A DNA stretch of 64,000 bases from Nitrospinaceae bacterium (GCA_965223665.1 OZ245011.1:3136001-3200000), one strand, 5' to 3'; shown: positions 39,293 through 50,521, counted from the stretch's first letter. Made by a program: numbers and translations. The notes: generated by a model not told the origin, from the letters alone.

Positions 39293-39916
39293 CTAAATAC
39301 TATTAATGTCGTAAACTAGTTCTTCACCTCGCAAAGCAGGCTCCTCGACTTTAATAAATAAATCTTTTAATTTCTCAAGCATATCAGTGTCGATGGCGCT
39401 GGTTCCACGGGATTGGGCGGTAATAGAATCAAAAAGATGTTGATAATATAATCGATACGTTTTCGCTAATATGATGGAATAATTGTTTTCTATTTCTTCA
39501 TCATAAAATCGATTTAATACACTTTGAATTAGGGTATATAAAGCTTCTGAATATAGTTGGAAATAAGCAGACTGTTTTTCAAATTCTTCAAAACGAATTT
39601 CATCTTGGTCACCTTTTAAATATTTAAAGATAACTTTTCCATCCACATCTGTATTTCTTTTAAAATATTCTTGCCACATCACCATATTTTTAATGTTTTC
39701 AATAAGAGTTTTTCTAAAGGCACATTTCTGATCTAAATGATTGTCTTTAGAACAAACATCGTTAACCACAGAAAAAAAAGCCTGGTGAACATCCCCATTT
39801 AACTGAGAGTTATTCTGCAATGCTTTTGCAAAAAGAAACTTTTTTTTAGCTTCTTCCTCGTTTGCGTATTGATCAAATATCCTTTGACCAAAATCTTTGA
39901 CAGTCCCTATATCCAT
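39293..39916 (-). CDS. Hypothetical protein
   Basis: 207-aa ORF with RBS AAAGGA; no recognised motif. Confidence 0.6.
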   Translation of the reverse strand: MDIGTVKDFGQRIFDQYANEEEAKKKFLFAKALQNNSQLNGDVHQAFFSVVNDVCSKDNHLDQKCAFRKTLIENIKNMVMWQEYFKRNTDVDGKVIFKYLKGDQDEIRFEEFEKQSAYFQLYSEALYTLIQSVLNRFYDEEIENNYSIILAKTYRLYYQHLFDSITAQSRGTSAIDTDMLEKLKDLFIKVEEPALRGEELVYDINSI

Positions 39917-40211
39917 TGAATCCTTTCTTGGCCAATCTAAGTGTACAAGCAGATTAGCACGTCATTCCTCTAAGGTAAACAGGGACTCCTACTATATTCA
40001 AGAGGGAAAACTATGGGGAAAAAAGAAAAATATATTGTAAGAAAAATCGTATGCAAAAACTTTTGAAAAGGTCTTTGTTATCCTTATATCCTTCAATTGA
40101 ATAGTGAATTAGATAAATTATTTTTTTTAAAAAAACTTTGGAGATCTTAAAAATAATTGACTAAGAATTATTTTAAAATAAATCTTTAATATGATTTCAA
40201 GAAGTGGATTT

Positions 40212-41015
40212 CTAAAGTGGGCGTTGCGATTTTTTGACGATGTCTTTATCGAAATAATTAATGGACATTCCTGCATCGAGAACGATTCCCTGTGCATTAA
40301 TACCACTGGAGCGTTCACTTAATAAAAACACTGCTGTGTTGGCTACTTCTTGAGTGGTGAGAGCCTTTTTTCTTAGAGTCAATTGTTCCGCATGAAGGTA
40401 GGAGTCAATATAACCAGGAATACCCGCTGATGCAGAGGATTTAAGTAGACCTGCATTGACAGAATTAAAACGAATTTGTGAGAAGGTGCTGAAGGACTTA
40501 GCAAGAAAGCAAAGGGATGAATCCAGTGCCGCTTTTGCAGGCCCCATATAGCCATAGTTTTCTGCCGCCATTCGTGTTGTGGATATTGATACGGTAACAA
40601 TGGAGGCATTTTTATCAAACAATTCTTTAAATGCGTTGGCAAGTTGAATAAGTGAAAAACACGAAATATCCACGCACTGCAAAAAATCTTGTTTTTTAGT
40701 CTCGTGGAATGGCTTCAATCCTTCTGCAAAGTTTGCAAATGCAATCGAGTGGACCATTCCGTGAAGAACATCAGTTTCGTTTTTAATCTGATTTCGTAAT
40801 TTCTCAATTTCTTCAGACTTCTCAACGTCGCAAACGAACACCGGTGCTGGTTTTACCAAAGCTTCAGTACATTTTTTTCGATTTTCGCTGCGCACACTAT
40901 ATAGAACATTTGCTCCTTGCTCGGTAAGAGTTTTCCCAATATAGTGAGCCACACTTTTTTTGTTTGCCACCCCGGTGACTAAAATGGTTTTACCTTGCAA
41001 CTCAAGAAAGCTCAC
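40212..41015 (-). CDS. fabI: Enoyl-ACP reductase (FabI-like SDR)
   Basis: [16 protein letters not shown] and [12 protein letters not shown] (Y-x6-K) motifs. Confidence 0.85.
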   Translation of the reverse strand: MSFLELQGKTILVTGVANKKSVAHYIGKTLTEQGANVLYSVRSENRKKCTEALVKPAPVFVCDVEKSEEIEKLRNQIKNETDVLHGMVHSIAFANFAEGLKPFHETKKQDFLQCVDISCFSLIQLANAFKELFDKNASIVTVSISTTRMAAENYGYMGPAKAALDSSLCFLAKSFSTFSQIRFNSVNAGLLKSSASAGIPGYIDSYLHAEQLTLRKKALTTQEVANTAVFLLSERSSGINAQGIVLDAGMSINYFDKDIVKKSQRPL

Positions 41016-41437
41016 AGGCTATCCTCCATCATCATTGCAGTGAATTCAACTGAGCAAGCGAGCTTACCATTAACAAAAGCTTTGCCCTTAAGGTAATGAG
41101 CCGGTCCAATGGCCTCAACATGATTTACTTCCATTTCTAGTTGGTCACCTGGATAAACAGGATTCTTGAACTTTACATTTTGTATTCTAGTTAATACAGG
41201 AACGCCGGAAGGAAATCCTCCTAAACGTTTTGATATTAATATGGCTCCAGTTTGGAATACACTTTCACAAATTAAAACTCCCGGCATGATGGGATGATTG
41301 GGATAATGCCCTTTAAAAAAGGATTCGTCAGAATTAATTTGCTTGTGGGCTTTAATATATTGATCTGTTTGTTCCAGGATTTTATCAACAAATAAAAATG
41401 GAGGCCGGTGTGGAATAGAATTTTCAATTTCGTTCAT
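41012..41437 (-). CDS. fabZ: 3-hydroxyacyl-ACP dehydratase (FabZ-like)
   Basis: [29 protein letters not shown] and [10 protein letters not shown] motifs. ATG 41437 preferred over 41515, which lies inside fabG. Confidence 0.88.
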   Translation of the reverse strand: MNEIENSIPHRPPFLFVDKILEQTDQYIKAHKQINSDESFFKGHYPNHPIMPGVLICESVFQTGAILISKRLGGFPSGVPVLTRIQNVKFKNPVYPGDQLEMEVNHVEAIGPAHYLKGKAFVNGKLACSVEFTAMMMEDSL

Positions 41438-41439
41438 GG

Positions 41440-42183
41440 TTACAAACCTCCTGTAACTTCCAATACTGCACCATTGATATAAGATGATTCTCTGGAAGCA
41501 AGAAATAGTACACAATGTGCTACATCATCTACATTCCCAAATCGTTTTAGAGGAATTTGTTTTAAATATTTTTCCTTTTGGTCTTCAGACAAGTCAGCGA
41601 TAAACTCAGTATCAATAAATCCGGGAGAAACACAGTTGACAGTTATTTTGCGAGTAGCTACTTCTTTGGATAAGGACTTGGTAAGTGCGACTTGTCCCGC
41701 TTTGGTAGCAGCATAATTTGACTGACCAGGAAAACCAAATTTACCTATGGGGGAAGTGATATTAATGATTCGACCGTAGCGTTGTCGCATCAAATTCTGT
41801 ACTCCCAATTTACACATATGAAATGTTCCGGTGAGATTGGTATCTATGACTTGAGTCCAGTCCTCCTCACGCATCATCCCTAAAACTGAGTCCCGGCGAA
41901 TTCCCGAATTGTTTACTAAGATTTCAAATTTACCGAAGGATTCTTCAATAAACCTAAAAAAACTTTCAACCTCTGAAAATTGTGTTATATCAAATTGTTT
42001 TAGATGCAATTGATTTTTAAATTCTTTATTAGCTTCTAGAAATTTTTCAGCTGCTTGTTGATTAGCCTGAAAGGTAGCAACTACAGTTGCGCCTGCTTTT
42101 AAAAAGGACTCGACAATACCTCGACCAATGCCGCGGGTACCACCTGTTACAATTACAGTTTGGCCTGTAAAATCGAATTTCAT
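41440..42183 (-). CDS. fabG: 3-oxoacyl-ACP reductase
   Basis: TGGTRGIG, LVNNSGI, GQSNYAATKAG and PGFIDT motifs. Confidence 0.88.
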   Translation of the reverse strand: MKFDFTGQTVIVTGGTRGIGRGIVESFLKAGATVVATFQANQQAAEKFLEANKEFKNQLHLKQFDITQFSEVESFFRFIEESFGKFEILVNNSGIRRDSVLGMMREEDWTQVIDTNLTGTFHMCKLGVQNLMRQRYGRIINITSPIGKFGFPGQSNYAATKAGQVALTKSLSKEVATRKITVNCVSPGFIDTEFIADLSEDQKEKYLKQIPLKRFGNVDDVAHCVLFLASRESSYINGAVLEVTGGL

Positions 42184-42253
42184 GGATAAGGAAGATTAAA
42201 GGAAGAGAGTACCCAATATTCATTTAAAGAAACTGTATTGAGTAATTTTTTAA

Positions 42254-43702
42254 TTATACACTTACAACTTCTAGTTCTTCTTTTGGCGTATGGATCTTTT
42301 GTAAAAACTTGTCCACTTCGTTTGCGACTATTACGCCATAGTTTGCTGCACCCAACCAACCCGACATGATTATCCCAACTGATCCAGCATGAAACAAGCC
42401 AGCAATTTCTTTTGGTAGTTCTTTACTTACCTTGAGGCCCTCAAATTTGGTTCCAAATGAAACCCCTCCAGGGTGCTGGGTGTAACGTTTAAATGTTTTA
42501 GGGGTAGAAGCTTCTAAGTGACCTATCTTATTTCTAATTTCAGGTACATACCGTTCCAGGGCATTTAGAGTAGTTTCAATTAATTCCTGTTTCTTTTTTT
42601 TATATTCTTGTTCTTTCAAATGGGCCCAGTCCTGAAAACGGGCATTCGTGGAAGCTACGATGGCATACATTTTAGATCCGGGTCTCAATTCCGGGTAATA
42701 AAAAGAAAATGTTCTGCTAGTGGTATGAGGTTCTAAAAGCTTTTCAGAATCAAATTCTGGTTCTTGTGAAGTGAATAACAGATCCCCGATATTATCGATT
42801 TTTTCACCACGTTTTATTCCTATATATACTTGGCAACTACTGTCGTTCAGTCTTACCTTTTTTACTTCGTTCAGGTACTCTTCTGAGAAATGTTCATCTC
42901 CTGCCAATTTATGAATAGTTGTCAATAGGTTTGAATTAGACAGTACCGCATTAGAATGAACCTCTCTTCCATTAACCCTGACTCCAACAATCTTTTTATT
43001 TTCCACCAGAATTTTATCCACTAAGCAATGAGTGCGGATGTCCACTCCATTTCGAAGAAGTTCTTTTTTCATCTTTTTTATGAGAGCATTGGTTCCTCCC
43101 TCAAAGGTATAAACCCCTTTGTCCATGAAATTTGAAAATACGATACCATAAGTGATAGCAGGGTCATCTAATGTAGATCCATTGGCATACGTAATGGGTT
43201 CCATGAGAAGGCGATGAACATCAGTTCGTCCAGGGAAAAACTTTTCAAATAGATCCCGAGTGGTCATACTTAAGTCATCATAAAAATTCATTCCCCGAAC
43301 GGTAGTAAAAAAATCATCTATAGTTTCTTTTAAAATTCCAAATCGTTCGCGCATTAGGCGGGTGAAGTCCACCTTGTCGAAGGAGGTCATGAAAGAAAAC
43401 TGTGGATTATCAAATCGAATATTTTTAAGACGGATGATAGAATCAGCAATTTCTTTAGACCAGTATTTTCTACAAGTCTTAATCATACCAATTGGAAAGC
43501 CATGAAGGGAAATATCTAATATATGTCCCCCTTTTCGCTTAAACCAGGTAGCTAATCCTCCTAAATTATAATGATGCTCAAGGATCAGTACTTTATGACC
43601 CATTTTTGCTAATTTGTTTGCAGCAGTGAGTCCACCTAAACCGCTACCGATGATTATTGTGTCGTATGCTTGTTTTACTCCTTTTAACCAGTATTTCGAC
43701 AT
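42254..43702 (-). CDS. Phytoene desaturase (CrtI)/RetSat-like FAD oxidoreductase B
   Basis: [12 protein letters not shown]...LEHH..LGG Rossmann motif, [19 protein letters not shown] 43702 overlaps the upstream stop (TAATG). Confidence 0.85.
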   Translation of the reverse strand: MSKYWLKGVKQAYDTIIIGSGLGGLTAANKLAKMGHKVLILEHHYNLGGLATWFKRKGGHILDISLHGFPIGMIKTCRKYWSKEIADSIIRLKNIRFDNPQFSFMTSFDKVDFTRLMRERFGILKETIDDFFTTVRGMNFYDDLSMTTRDLFEKFFPGRTDVHRLLMEPITYANGSTLDDPAITYGIVFSNFMDKGVYTFEGGTNALIKKMKKELLRNGVDIRTHCLVDKILVENKKIVGVRVNGREVHSNAVLSNSNLLTTIHKLAGDEHFSEEYLNEVKKVRLNDSSCQVYIGIKRGEKIDNIGDLLFTSQEPEFDSEKLLEPHTTSRTFSFYYPELRPGSKMYAIVASTNARFQDWAHLKEQEYKKKKQELIETTLNALERYVPEIRNKIGHLEASTPKTFKRYTQHPGGVSFGTKFEGLKVSKELPKEIAGLFHAGSVGIIMSGWLGAANYGVIVANEVDKFLQKIHTPKEELEVVSV

Positions 43703-45114
43703 TAAATTCTCCCGTATTCCGGTTTGCTTTGACCCTGCAAAACATGCAGATTGGCCATCGATATCCCACTCAGCGTCGCACCAATAATACCTAAAAATCC
43801 CTGATCTGTCCCACAAATAAACAAATTTCTGATGGGTGTGAATCCGTTTTTGACTTTTTTAGGGGAACCATAAACTGCACCATTGAGGTGTCCTGTGTAT
43901 TTTTTTATGGTTTTTGGCGTAAAAGTGTCTAAAAATACCACATGTTCCCGAAAATCGGGAAAAAATTTGAGCAAAGCTTCTACCGCCTGGTCCCTGCAGG
44001 CTTTCTTGGCAGCACGGTAGTCTTTACGAATCATAGAGTCCCAGAATTTAAAATTCGCTTGATTCGTCACGCGTATTATCCCCTCGAAATTGGAGCCATT
44101 ATAATTAAAATTATTGGGGACACATAATACCCCACTGGTTGTGTCGGTCAGTTTGTCTGGAACGCGATAATGAAATTGAGGTTCTGTACAATAGAACACT
44201 ATACTTTTATCATAACCGATTTTTTTTGGTTCACTACCTAAAACGAATAAAGATTCTAAAAAAGACATTTGTCCAATTTCATGATTTTCTAAGCCATCCA
44301 CATTAGGATCACAAAGTTTCATCGTTTCCACGTAACCCGCTGAGGATATTACTTTATCTACCTCAATATTTTCACCTGAATCTAACTGAATGGACTTCAA
44401 AACCCCGTTTTGGTGTCTGATTTGATTTACCCCGGCACCCATTTTTAATTCTCCCCCCAGGTTTTGGTATTTTTTTACCAACATATTAAGTATGGCGACC
44501 ATGCCATCCCGGGGGCGGGCGAACCCTTCCAAATAAACACTTTTAAACATGATGACGAATTGATAAAAATCCATATCATGCTCTTGAGCATTTCCATAAA
44601 ACATTAGGGGGCAAAATATCATATCGATCAAAAGTGGATCTGATAAATACTGATTTAAAACTTGACGGGAGGAAAGTTGCTGATGGTTATTTATGTCTAA
44701 CTCATTAAAACTCCTAATGTGATTTAGTAACTTGCGAAATCCATCAATTTGACTAGGGAATTGTTCAGCGACCTCCTGCTCAAAAAAACTAAAATCATTA
44801 TGAAACCTGAGTGATTTTCCCGGGAACCGGATTTCTGACATTTCTTGTTCGCATAATTGTAAATCTTCATGTTTCAATCGAAGTTGTTTGAGAAGTTTTC
44901 CAAGAGGGGAAGACCGCATTCCCTTAGGGGTGAAATTGGTCATAGCGTGCAAACCAACATCAAAAGTTCGGTTTTTTCTGACATAAAAGGAGTTGAGACC
45001 TCCGACTTCGACATGCTTTTCCACAATTAGTACCTTTTTATCGAAAAGCGCTAGTCGAATGCCTGCGGCCAAACCAGATAAACCGGCTCCTATTATCAAT
45101 GCATCGTAGGTCAT
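43702..45114 (-). CDS. Phytoene desaturase (CrtI)/RetSat-like FAD oxidoreductase A
   Basis: [12 protein letters not shown]...[22 protein letters not shown]...GAVYG and NLFICG motifs. Confidence 0.85.
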   Translation of the reverse strand: MTYDALIIGAGLSGLAAGIRLALFDKKVLIVEKHVEVGGLNSFYVRKNRTFDVGLHAMTNFTPKGMRSSPLGKLLKQLRLKHEDLQLCEQEMSEIRFPGKSLRFHNDFSFFEQEVAEQFPSQIDGFRKLLNHIRSFNELDINNHQQLSSRQVLNQYLSDPLLIDMIFCPLMFYGNAQEHDMDFYQFVIMFKSVYLEGFARPRDGMVAILNMLVKKYQNLGGELKMGAGVNQIRHQNGVLKSIQLDSGENIEVDKVISSAGYVETMKLCDPNVDGLENHEIGQMSFLESLFVLGSEPKKIGYDKSIVFYCTEPQFHYRVPDKLTDTTSGVLCVPNNFNYNGSNFEGIIRVTNQANFKFWDSMIRKDYRAAKKACRDQAVEALLKFFPDFREHVVFLDTFTPKTIKKYTGHLNGAVYGSPKKVKNGFTPIRNLFICGTDQGFLGIIGATLSGISMANLHVLQGQSKPEYGRI

Positions 45115-45183
45115 GAAATGAATAATGAACCAGGAAACTTAATAAATCAATAGGTGGGAAAATTGAGAAAAATCAGAATTATT

Positions 45184-45447
45184 TTAGGTGACAGGCTCTT
45201 GATCCTGCAATCGGGGAAATAGATAAGCTATACAGCTCGACATACTGACAAGCTCAGGGTAATCGTTTTCAGGAACCTCCAAATTGTAACGTTTGCGTAA
45301 TTCCATCACGATGTCCAAAAAGTCCATGGAATCCAGGTCAAATTGGTCCCGAAGCTTTTCATCGTCTTTAAGCTTGCTTAAATCTTCATCTGGGGCAATA
45401 TCTGCAATGATATCAATTATCGCTTGTCGAACTTCGTCCCGGGTCAT
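45184..45447 (-). CDS. Acyl carrier protein
   Basis: Acidic 87-aa protein with LDSMD phosphopantetheine site; RBS AGGAG. Confidence 0.92.
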   Translation of the reverse strand: MTRDEVRQAIIDIIADIAPDEDLSKLKDDEKLRDQFDLDSMDFLDIVMELRKRYNLEVPENDYPELVSMSSCIAYLFPRLQDQEPVT

Positions 45448-45638
45448 CGAGCATAATCTCCTAAATTCTTGATCTTAGGGGAAAAGTCGCTAAATTTCAA
45501 TACTAATTTTAATTCTTTCCGGTTCTCCTTACCTTGAGTAGTTTTAATATTTGTTCCACCTCCTTATACTAATTGAATAACCCAAAAAAGAAGAGGATCT
45601 CATTATTTTAACCTTATCAGGTTCGACGGAGTTTTTAG

Positions 45639-46175
45639 GTGAAATCGTTAATTAAATTTGTTTTTATTGGATTTATTTTTATTATTTTTGTTGAGTTTGC
45701 ATTTAAGTTTTTGGCCACATTTAACCCCAAGGGCTATTTTATTGCTTCCATATTCTATCCTTTTTACCTGATCCTAATTTATTTTTTAAGCAGTCTCCTG
45801 GATAGAGTTTTTCCAAATAAACTGGTCGCCAATGTAATTGCATTTTTTCTATTTGGGTTTATGGGACTATTCATTGAATGGAATTTATTAGGGAATTCTC
45901 CCAGTGGAAATCCCAATGCCAACCAAATAGGAATGTTTGCTTTTTGGGCGGTGTATTGCTGTATGCCTCGTTTGTTTTTAGATTCGGAAACTTCTTCTAC
46001 CTTGAAGTTAAATATAAAGCGATTTTTTGGTTTAAATGTGATCGTTACTTTTCTTATAGCAGTTATATTGCATCAACCGGCTAAGTTTGTGGTGATAATG
46101 TACTTACAGGTTGTGGTTTATGTTTTATTTTCATTCTTCATTTTTTATTATTGGAAGAGTTTAGCGCAAAGATAA
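45639..46175 (+). CDS. Hypothetical multi-pass membrane protein
   Basis: About six hydrophobic segments; antisense to the surrounding fab genes. Confidence 0.7.
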   Translation: MKSLIKFVFIGFIFIIFVEFAFKFLATFNPKGYFIASIFYPFYLILIYFLSSLLDRVFPNKLVANVIAFFLFGFMGLFIEWNLLGNSPSGNPNANQIGMFAFWAVYCCMPRLFLDSETSSTLKLNIKRFFGLNVIVTFLIAVILHQPAKFVVIMYLQVVVYVLFSFFIFYYWKSLAQR

Positions 46176-46228
46176 CCCAGGCAAGTTTTATCAGGGTTTT
46201 TTGTATAGGTTTATGTATTTGGCAGAAA

Positions 46229-47461
46229 TTAAAATCGTTTTACGATTAGAACTGAATTAATTCCGAACATGCCAAAGGAATTGTTCATTATTACATCCAC
46301 CTGGTTCAGTAGTTCAGGTTGATTCGCCACAAGATTATTGAGTTGGCACTCGGGATCAATCTCATCCAAATTGATGGTAGGGTGAATATAGTTATCCTCA
46401 AAGGCAGGCAAATTTCCTGTAAGTTCCAATGCTCCAGCGGCACCCATAGTATGTCCAATGTAACTTTTGGTGTTATTGATTCTAGTTCGACCATTGGTCC
46501 CGAAGACTTCTCGAACGGCCTTACACTCTTGGATATCTCCCAGCTGAGTTGCGGTGGCGTGAGTGTTTAGTAATGCGATATCCTCGGGTTGTAATTCTGC
46601 ACGTTTCAAAGCTAAACGCATGCATTCGGCTTGGCGGTTGGGTTCAGGAAGGATATAGTCATACGCATCTGAGTTACTGGCATAACCAATTATTTCACCA
46701 TAAATTTTTGCCCCGCGTTTTTGTGCATCATCTAATCGTTCGAGTGTATAAAGACAACCTCCTTCGGAGCAAACTATCCCATTACGATTTTTATCAAATG
46801 GTCGACTGGCCTTGGTAGGGTCATTATGTTCTGCCAAGGCCCCTTCACTCTTAAAGCTTGCGAATATACCAAAGGTGTGGATACTTTCCGAAACACCTCC
46901 CGCGATGGCCATATCGACTTCACCTAATCGAAGCATTTGAACCCCCTGGATAAGCCCCAAATTCCCCGCGGCGCAAGCGGCTCCAATTGCATAGTGTGGG
47001 CCGGTAATGCCCATATTCAAGGTAACTTCTCCCGCAGGATTATTGGCTACTGTGCGTGGGTTGTGATGATGCGACCAATATTTGGTGTCATACTCATATT
47101 GGCTTATGTTATAGACTTCGTTTTCTGTTTCAACATTTCCATGCTCAGTTGTTCCTATGTAAACCCCAATCCGTGATTTGTCGAGAGCATCAAAATCAAT
47201 CGATGAATCAAGGACTGCTTCGCGGGAACAATAGACTGCAATTGATCCGGCACGTGTTCCGCGACGGACATCTTTTTTCTTTTGGTAACGCAGTTCATCG
47301 AAATCACACACCCCTGCAAGAACTTCACCCATGAATCGGGTTTTAAACTTTCGAACACCAGATTTACCTTCCAGCAATGATTTGCGAAACTCCGCTAAAG
47401 AATTACCGTTAGGTGCAGTAAGTCCAATTCCTGTAATTACAATACGATCATTTAATGACAC
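46229..47461 (-). CDS. fabF: Beta-ketoacyl-ACP synthase (FabF/FabB-like)
   Basis: Cys-His-His triad: AACAAG, THATATQLGD and KSYIGHTMGAAG; NNSFGMFGIN. Confidence 0.88.
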   Translation of the reverse strand: MSLNDRIVITGIGLTAPNGNSLAEFRKSLLEGKSGVRKFKTRFMGEVLAGVCDFDELRYQKKKDVRRGTRAGSIAVYCSREAVLDSSIDFDALDKSRIGVYIGTTEHGNVETENEVYNISQYEYDTKYWSHHHNPRTVANNPAGEVTLNMGITGPHYAIGAACAAGNLGLIQGVQMLRLGEVDMAIAGGVSESIHTFGIFASFKSEGALAEHNDPTKASRPFDKNRNGIVCSEGGCLYTLERLDDAQKRGAKIYGEIIGYASNSDAYDYILPEPNRQAECMRLALKRAELQPEDIALLNTHATATQLGDIQECKAVREVFGTNGRTRINNTKSYIGHTMGAAGALELTGNLPAFEDNYIHPTINLDEIDPECQLNNLVANQPELLNQVDVIMNNSFGMFGINSVLIVKRF

Positions 47462-47614
47462 AAAATTATCCTAAAATGAAACCTCATGGGTTGGTTATTA
47501 TAGGCAGGTTTAAACTAAAAATCATTATATACGAAGAATTGGGAAATAGGGAGAATGGAGTTTTAAATAGTAATCTTAAATTTTAAAAGTTAAAGGCAGG
47601 ATACCAAAAATTAT

Positions 47615-48091
47615 TCAAATTTTCTCAATGAGTGCCACTGCGTATGCGGCCAGGCCTTCTTCTCGTCCAGGAAACCCAAGTTTCTCAGTAGTTGTTGCTT
47701 TTATATTGACTTGAAAGGGAGAAATACTGAGGGCTTTTGCGAGGTTATCCTTCATTGCGTTCATATAAGACGCTAACTTAGGTTTTTGAGCCACAATGGT
47801 AGAATCAATATTCATGATTTGAAAACCTTTTTCATTAACCATTCGTCCAACCTTTTCCAAAAGCACCAGGCTGGAAACACCGCGCCAACGAGGATCGGTG
47901 TCAGGAAAATAAAGGCCTAAATCGCCACCCCCACTAGCCCCAAGTAGGGCATCACAAATTGCATGGCATAAAGCATCAGCATCTGAATGACCCAAAAGCC
48001 CTTTAGGATGTGGAATTTCCACACCTCCTAAGATCAGTTTTTCGCCTTCTTCAAGGCGATGCACATCATATCCATTACCGACTCTAAACAT
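47615..48091 (-). CDS. ispF: 2-C-methyl-D-erythritol 2,4-cyclodiphosphate synthase
   Basis: GYDVH, GHSDAD..HA..DA and KATTTEKLG motifs. Confidence 0.98.
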   Translation of the reverse strand: MFRVGNGYDVHRLEEGEKLILGGVEIPHPKGLLGHSDADALCHAICDALLGASGGGDLGLYFPDTDPRWRGVSSLVLLEKVGRMVNEKGFQIMNIDSTIVAQKPKLASYMNAMKDNLAKALSISPFQVNIKATTTEKLGFPGREEGLAAYAVALIEKI

Positions 48092-48283
48092 AAACTCTCT
48101 TTAAAGTTCATAATCCTTCACACTCATTTACCATTGTACCTAGAGTCGTCTTACCTCTACAATACTTTACTTAATCTTTTAGGAATTTTATGTTGTTTTC
48201 CCCAGATAATATTATTTTGCGTATTGAAAAAGCCAGATTCCATATTATTAAGGAACATTAGGTTCTAAAATAATAATCAAAAA

Positions 48284-49189
48284 TTAAGGACTTTCTTCAG
48301 TTTCACAACCGGGGGGTTGAGTTTTGCAAATATAGGTAAGGTGTTTATCCGTTTTGGAATTTTCCAATGGCCAAATACGTTCATCAATAAATCGAGCCAG
48401 GGTGGAAATCTTAAACTCTTTCACAGACTGAGGAACTCTTAAAACAATAAAAAATCTAATTTCATCATTAATTAAATCATCTGAGGCAATCATCCAACGA
48501 CTACGTGGCAGGTTCACCCCTGTAGTCGCAATTTCAACTTTTTCGATATCGTAATTACCTTCCCATTGAAAATTAAAATCTTGTTTTCCTTTGGCGGCAG
48601 CCTTGGCATGGTTCTCACCTATTAGTTTTTTACCAATGGCCAGTTGAAAATCCCCTCCTAAATTTATTTTTGTTTCCCCTCCCAATGTAAAAAGAGATTT
48701 CGTTTTGCTGGCGGGTAATTTGGAAAAAGTAGAAACTTTATTAGGGGAGTATTTCAGTTCAAAAATTAAGACATCAATATCCTCATATTTTTTGGTTTGA
48801 ATCGATAATCCCGTTTCTAAAAAGAAAAATTGATCTTTGGTTTGGTCAACAAGAGCTTGAGCATTGGATTCCAATGGTTTATTTTCTCGCTCCATTTTTT
48901 GGACATAATCAAACAGGATGGGGTTTGAAACAATTTCTGAGTCTGCACCCGGAGGGGTAAAAAATCCACTTTTTGTGGGTCGTTTTTGTAATTTTTCCTG
49001 GGCATTGAGAGTTAAAAGGTTTTTCTCTTCCTCAGACAAATCCTCCAAACCTTCAGACCAGGATTGGACAACCTGTTCCTCAGTTGCAGTTTCAGCGAAT
49101 ACAGGAGAATTTGCGAAAATGAAAATAATAAATATGCCAAGTAGAAAAAGGAAGTGGCAAAAGAGGATGGTTTTTTTATTGGAATTCAA
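48284..49189 (-). CDS. Hypothetical exported protein
   Basis: Signal peptide ending VFA; no recognised domain. Confidence 0.65.
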   Translation of the reverse strand: MNSNKKTILFCHFLFLLGIFIIFIFANSPVFAETATEEQVVQSWSEGLEDLSEEEKNLLTLNAQEKLQKRPTKSGFFTPPGADSEIVSNPILFDYVQKMERENKPLESNAQALVDQTKDQFFFLETGLSIQTKKYEDIDVLIFELKYSPNKVSTFSKLPASKTKSLFTLGGETKINLGGDFQLAIGKKLIGENHAKAAAKGKQDFNFQWEGNYDIEKVEIATTGVNLPRSRWMIASDDLINDEIRFFIVLRVPQSVKEFKISTLARFIDERIWPLENSKTDKHLTYICKTQPPGCETEESP

Positions 49190-49210
49190 TATTAGTTTTT
49201 TTGATAGTTT

Positions 49211-50521
49211 TTACGTTGTGGTAACTTTTGTTTTTACCAGACTAAGTAATGCAAATGGGTGAACCGGCGCTTCCATTTGTATCCAGACACGACCATTCCC
49301 ACCATGGGCAATCGATATAGATTCTTTATTCATATTTTCCATAGCGGTTAATTGAAATTTATGTTGTCCTTCCGGAGAAATGTATTCAAGTTCGTCTCCA
49401 ATTTCAATTCTATTTTTTACTTCAACTTCCATCCACCCCCCAGGCCGTTCTCCAGTAACCTGGCCGGCAAACACTTGCATTAAATCTTCTTCTTGTGGGG
49501 AATCAAATCGTTCGGTTTCATGGTCAGATTTAGGAACATAAAATGCTGAAGTAAAGCCGCGATTGGCTGTTTTATTTAGCTCTTCTAATAAACCAGGATT
49601 AAATGGCCGACCTTCAGCAAGGTCGCTCAAGGCTTTGCGATAGGTTCTTACAACCAAGGATAAATAATATATTGTTTTTGAGCGGCCTTCGATTTTTAAA
49701 GAACACACCCCAGCATCTTGGATTTGTTTTAAGAATTCCAAAGCCCGTAAATCTTTAGAATTCATTATGTAGGTCCCGTGCTCGTCTTCATCAATGGGCA
49801 TTAATTCTCCGGGACGCAGTTTCTCTTCAATAAAATATTCGCCTTGAAGAATTTCAGGGTTGTGGGTGCTTTGTGAATAGTCTGTTGTGGATTCAGAATT
49901 TTCTTGGGTTAGGTTATATTCCCAACGACAACTGTTAGTGCATGTTCCCTGGTTAGCATCACGGTGGTTAAAATAATTTGATAAAAGGCATCGGCCCGAA
50001 TAAGCAATACAAATTGCACCATGAACAAATGCTTCCAGCTCAATACCAGGAACTTTTTCATGAATTTCATGGACCTCGGGCAAGGACAATTCACGTGAAA
50101 GAATAATGCGTTTTACACCCTGTTCATACCAAAATTGAACAGTAGGCCAATTCATCGTATTGGTTTGTACTGAAAGATGAATGGGGATTTGTGGAAACTC
50201 TTTTCGTACAAAAGAAATCATTCCCGGATCCGCCATAATAAAAGCATCAGGCTCCGCTTCTGCGAAATATGCTAATGATTTTTTAAACGATTCGATTTTT
50301 CGATTAGGAGGTAAAATATTTGCAGTGATATAAATCTTTTTACCTAATTGATGGGACCTGTCAATTGCGGTCTTTAAGGTCGCATCTTTAAAAGGATTTT
50401 CACGCGCTCGTAAAGAGAACTTTGGAATTCCTGCATAAATCGCATCTGCTCCGTAAGCAAAAGCATATTCCATCTTTTCTGGACTGCCCGCAGGCGCTAA
50501 TAATTCTGGGATAAGATGCAT
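49211..50521 (-). CDS. trhP: Peptidase U32 family tRNA hydroxylation protein (TrhP/YegQ-like)
   Basis: ELLAPAG, HLSVQ, ILSRELS, VHGAICIAYSGRCLLS..NQGTCTNSCRW, EDEHGTYIMNSKDL and SLKIEGR motifs. Confidence 0.85.
   Translation of the reverse strand: MHLIPELLAPAGSPEKMEYAFAYGADAIYAGIPKFSLRARENPFKDATLKTAIDRSHQLGKKIYITANILPPNRKIESFKKSLAYFAEAEPDAFIMADPGMISFVRKEFPQIPIHLSVQTNTMNWPTVQFWYEQGVKRIILSRELSLPEVHEIHEKVPGIELEAFVHGAICIAYSGRCLLSNYFNHRDANQGTCTNSCRWEYNLTQENSESTTDYSQSTHNPEILQGEYFIEEKLRPGELMPIDEDEHGTYIMNSKDLRALEFLKQIQDAGVCSLKIEGRSKTIYYLSLVVRTYRKALSDLAEGRPFNPGLLEELNKTANRGFTSAFYVPKSDHETERFDSPQEEDLMQVFAGQVTGERPGGWMEVEVKNRIEIGDELEYISPEGQHKFQLTAMENMNKESISIAHGGNGRVWIQMEAPVHPFALLSLVKTKVTTT

Noticed and set aside
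43703-43816. N-terminal extension of ORF 42254..43816
   Set aside because: It lies inside the upstream gene; ATG 43702 (TAATG coupling) sits just ahead of the Rossmann motif.
42254-45114. Carotenoid biosynthesis (crtI) call
   Set aside because: No crtB/crtE/crtY nearby and the genes are embedded among acp/fab genes; only family-level similarity is supportable.
40212-47461. Ladderane or aryl-polyene cluster call
   Set aside because: No radical-SAM genes, no chain-length-factor partner, and no aryl-loading ligase or glycosyltransferases; the resemblance is only partial.
49211-50521. Functional clustering of prephenate-dependent TrhP with pheA/aroC
   Set aside because: More than 12 kb apart, on the opposite strand, with unrelated genes between.
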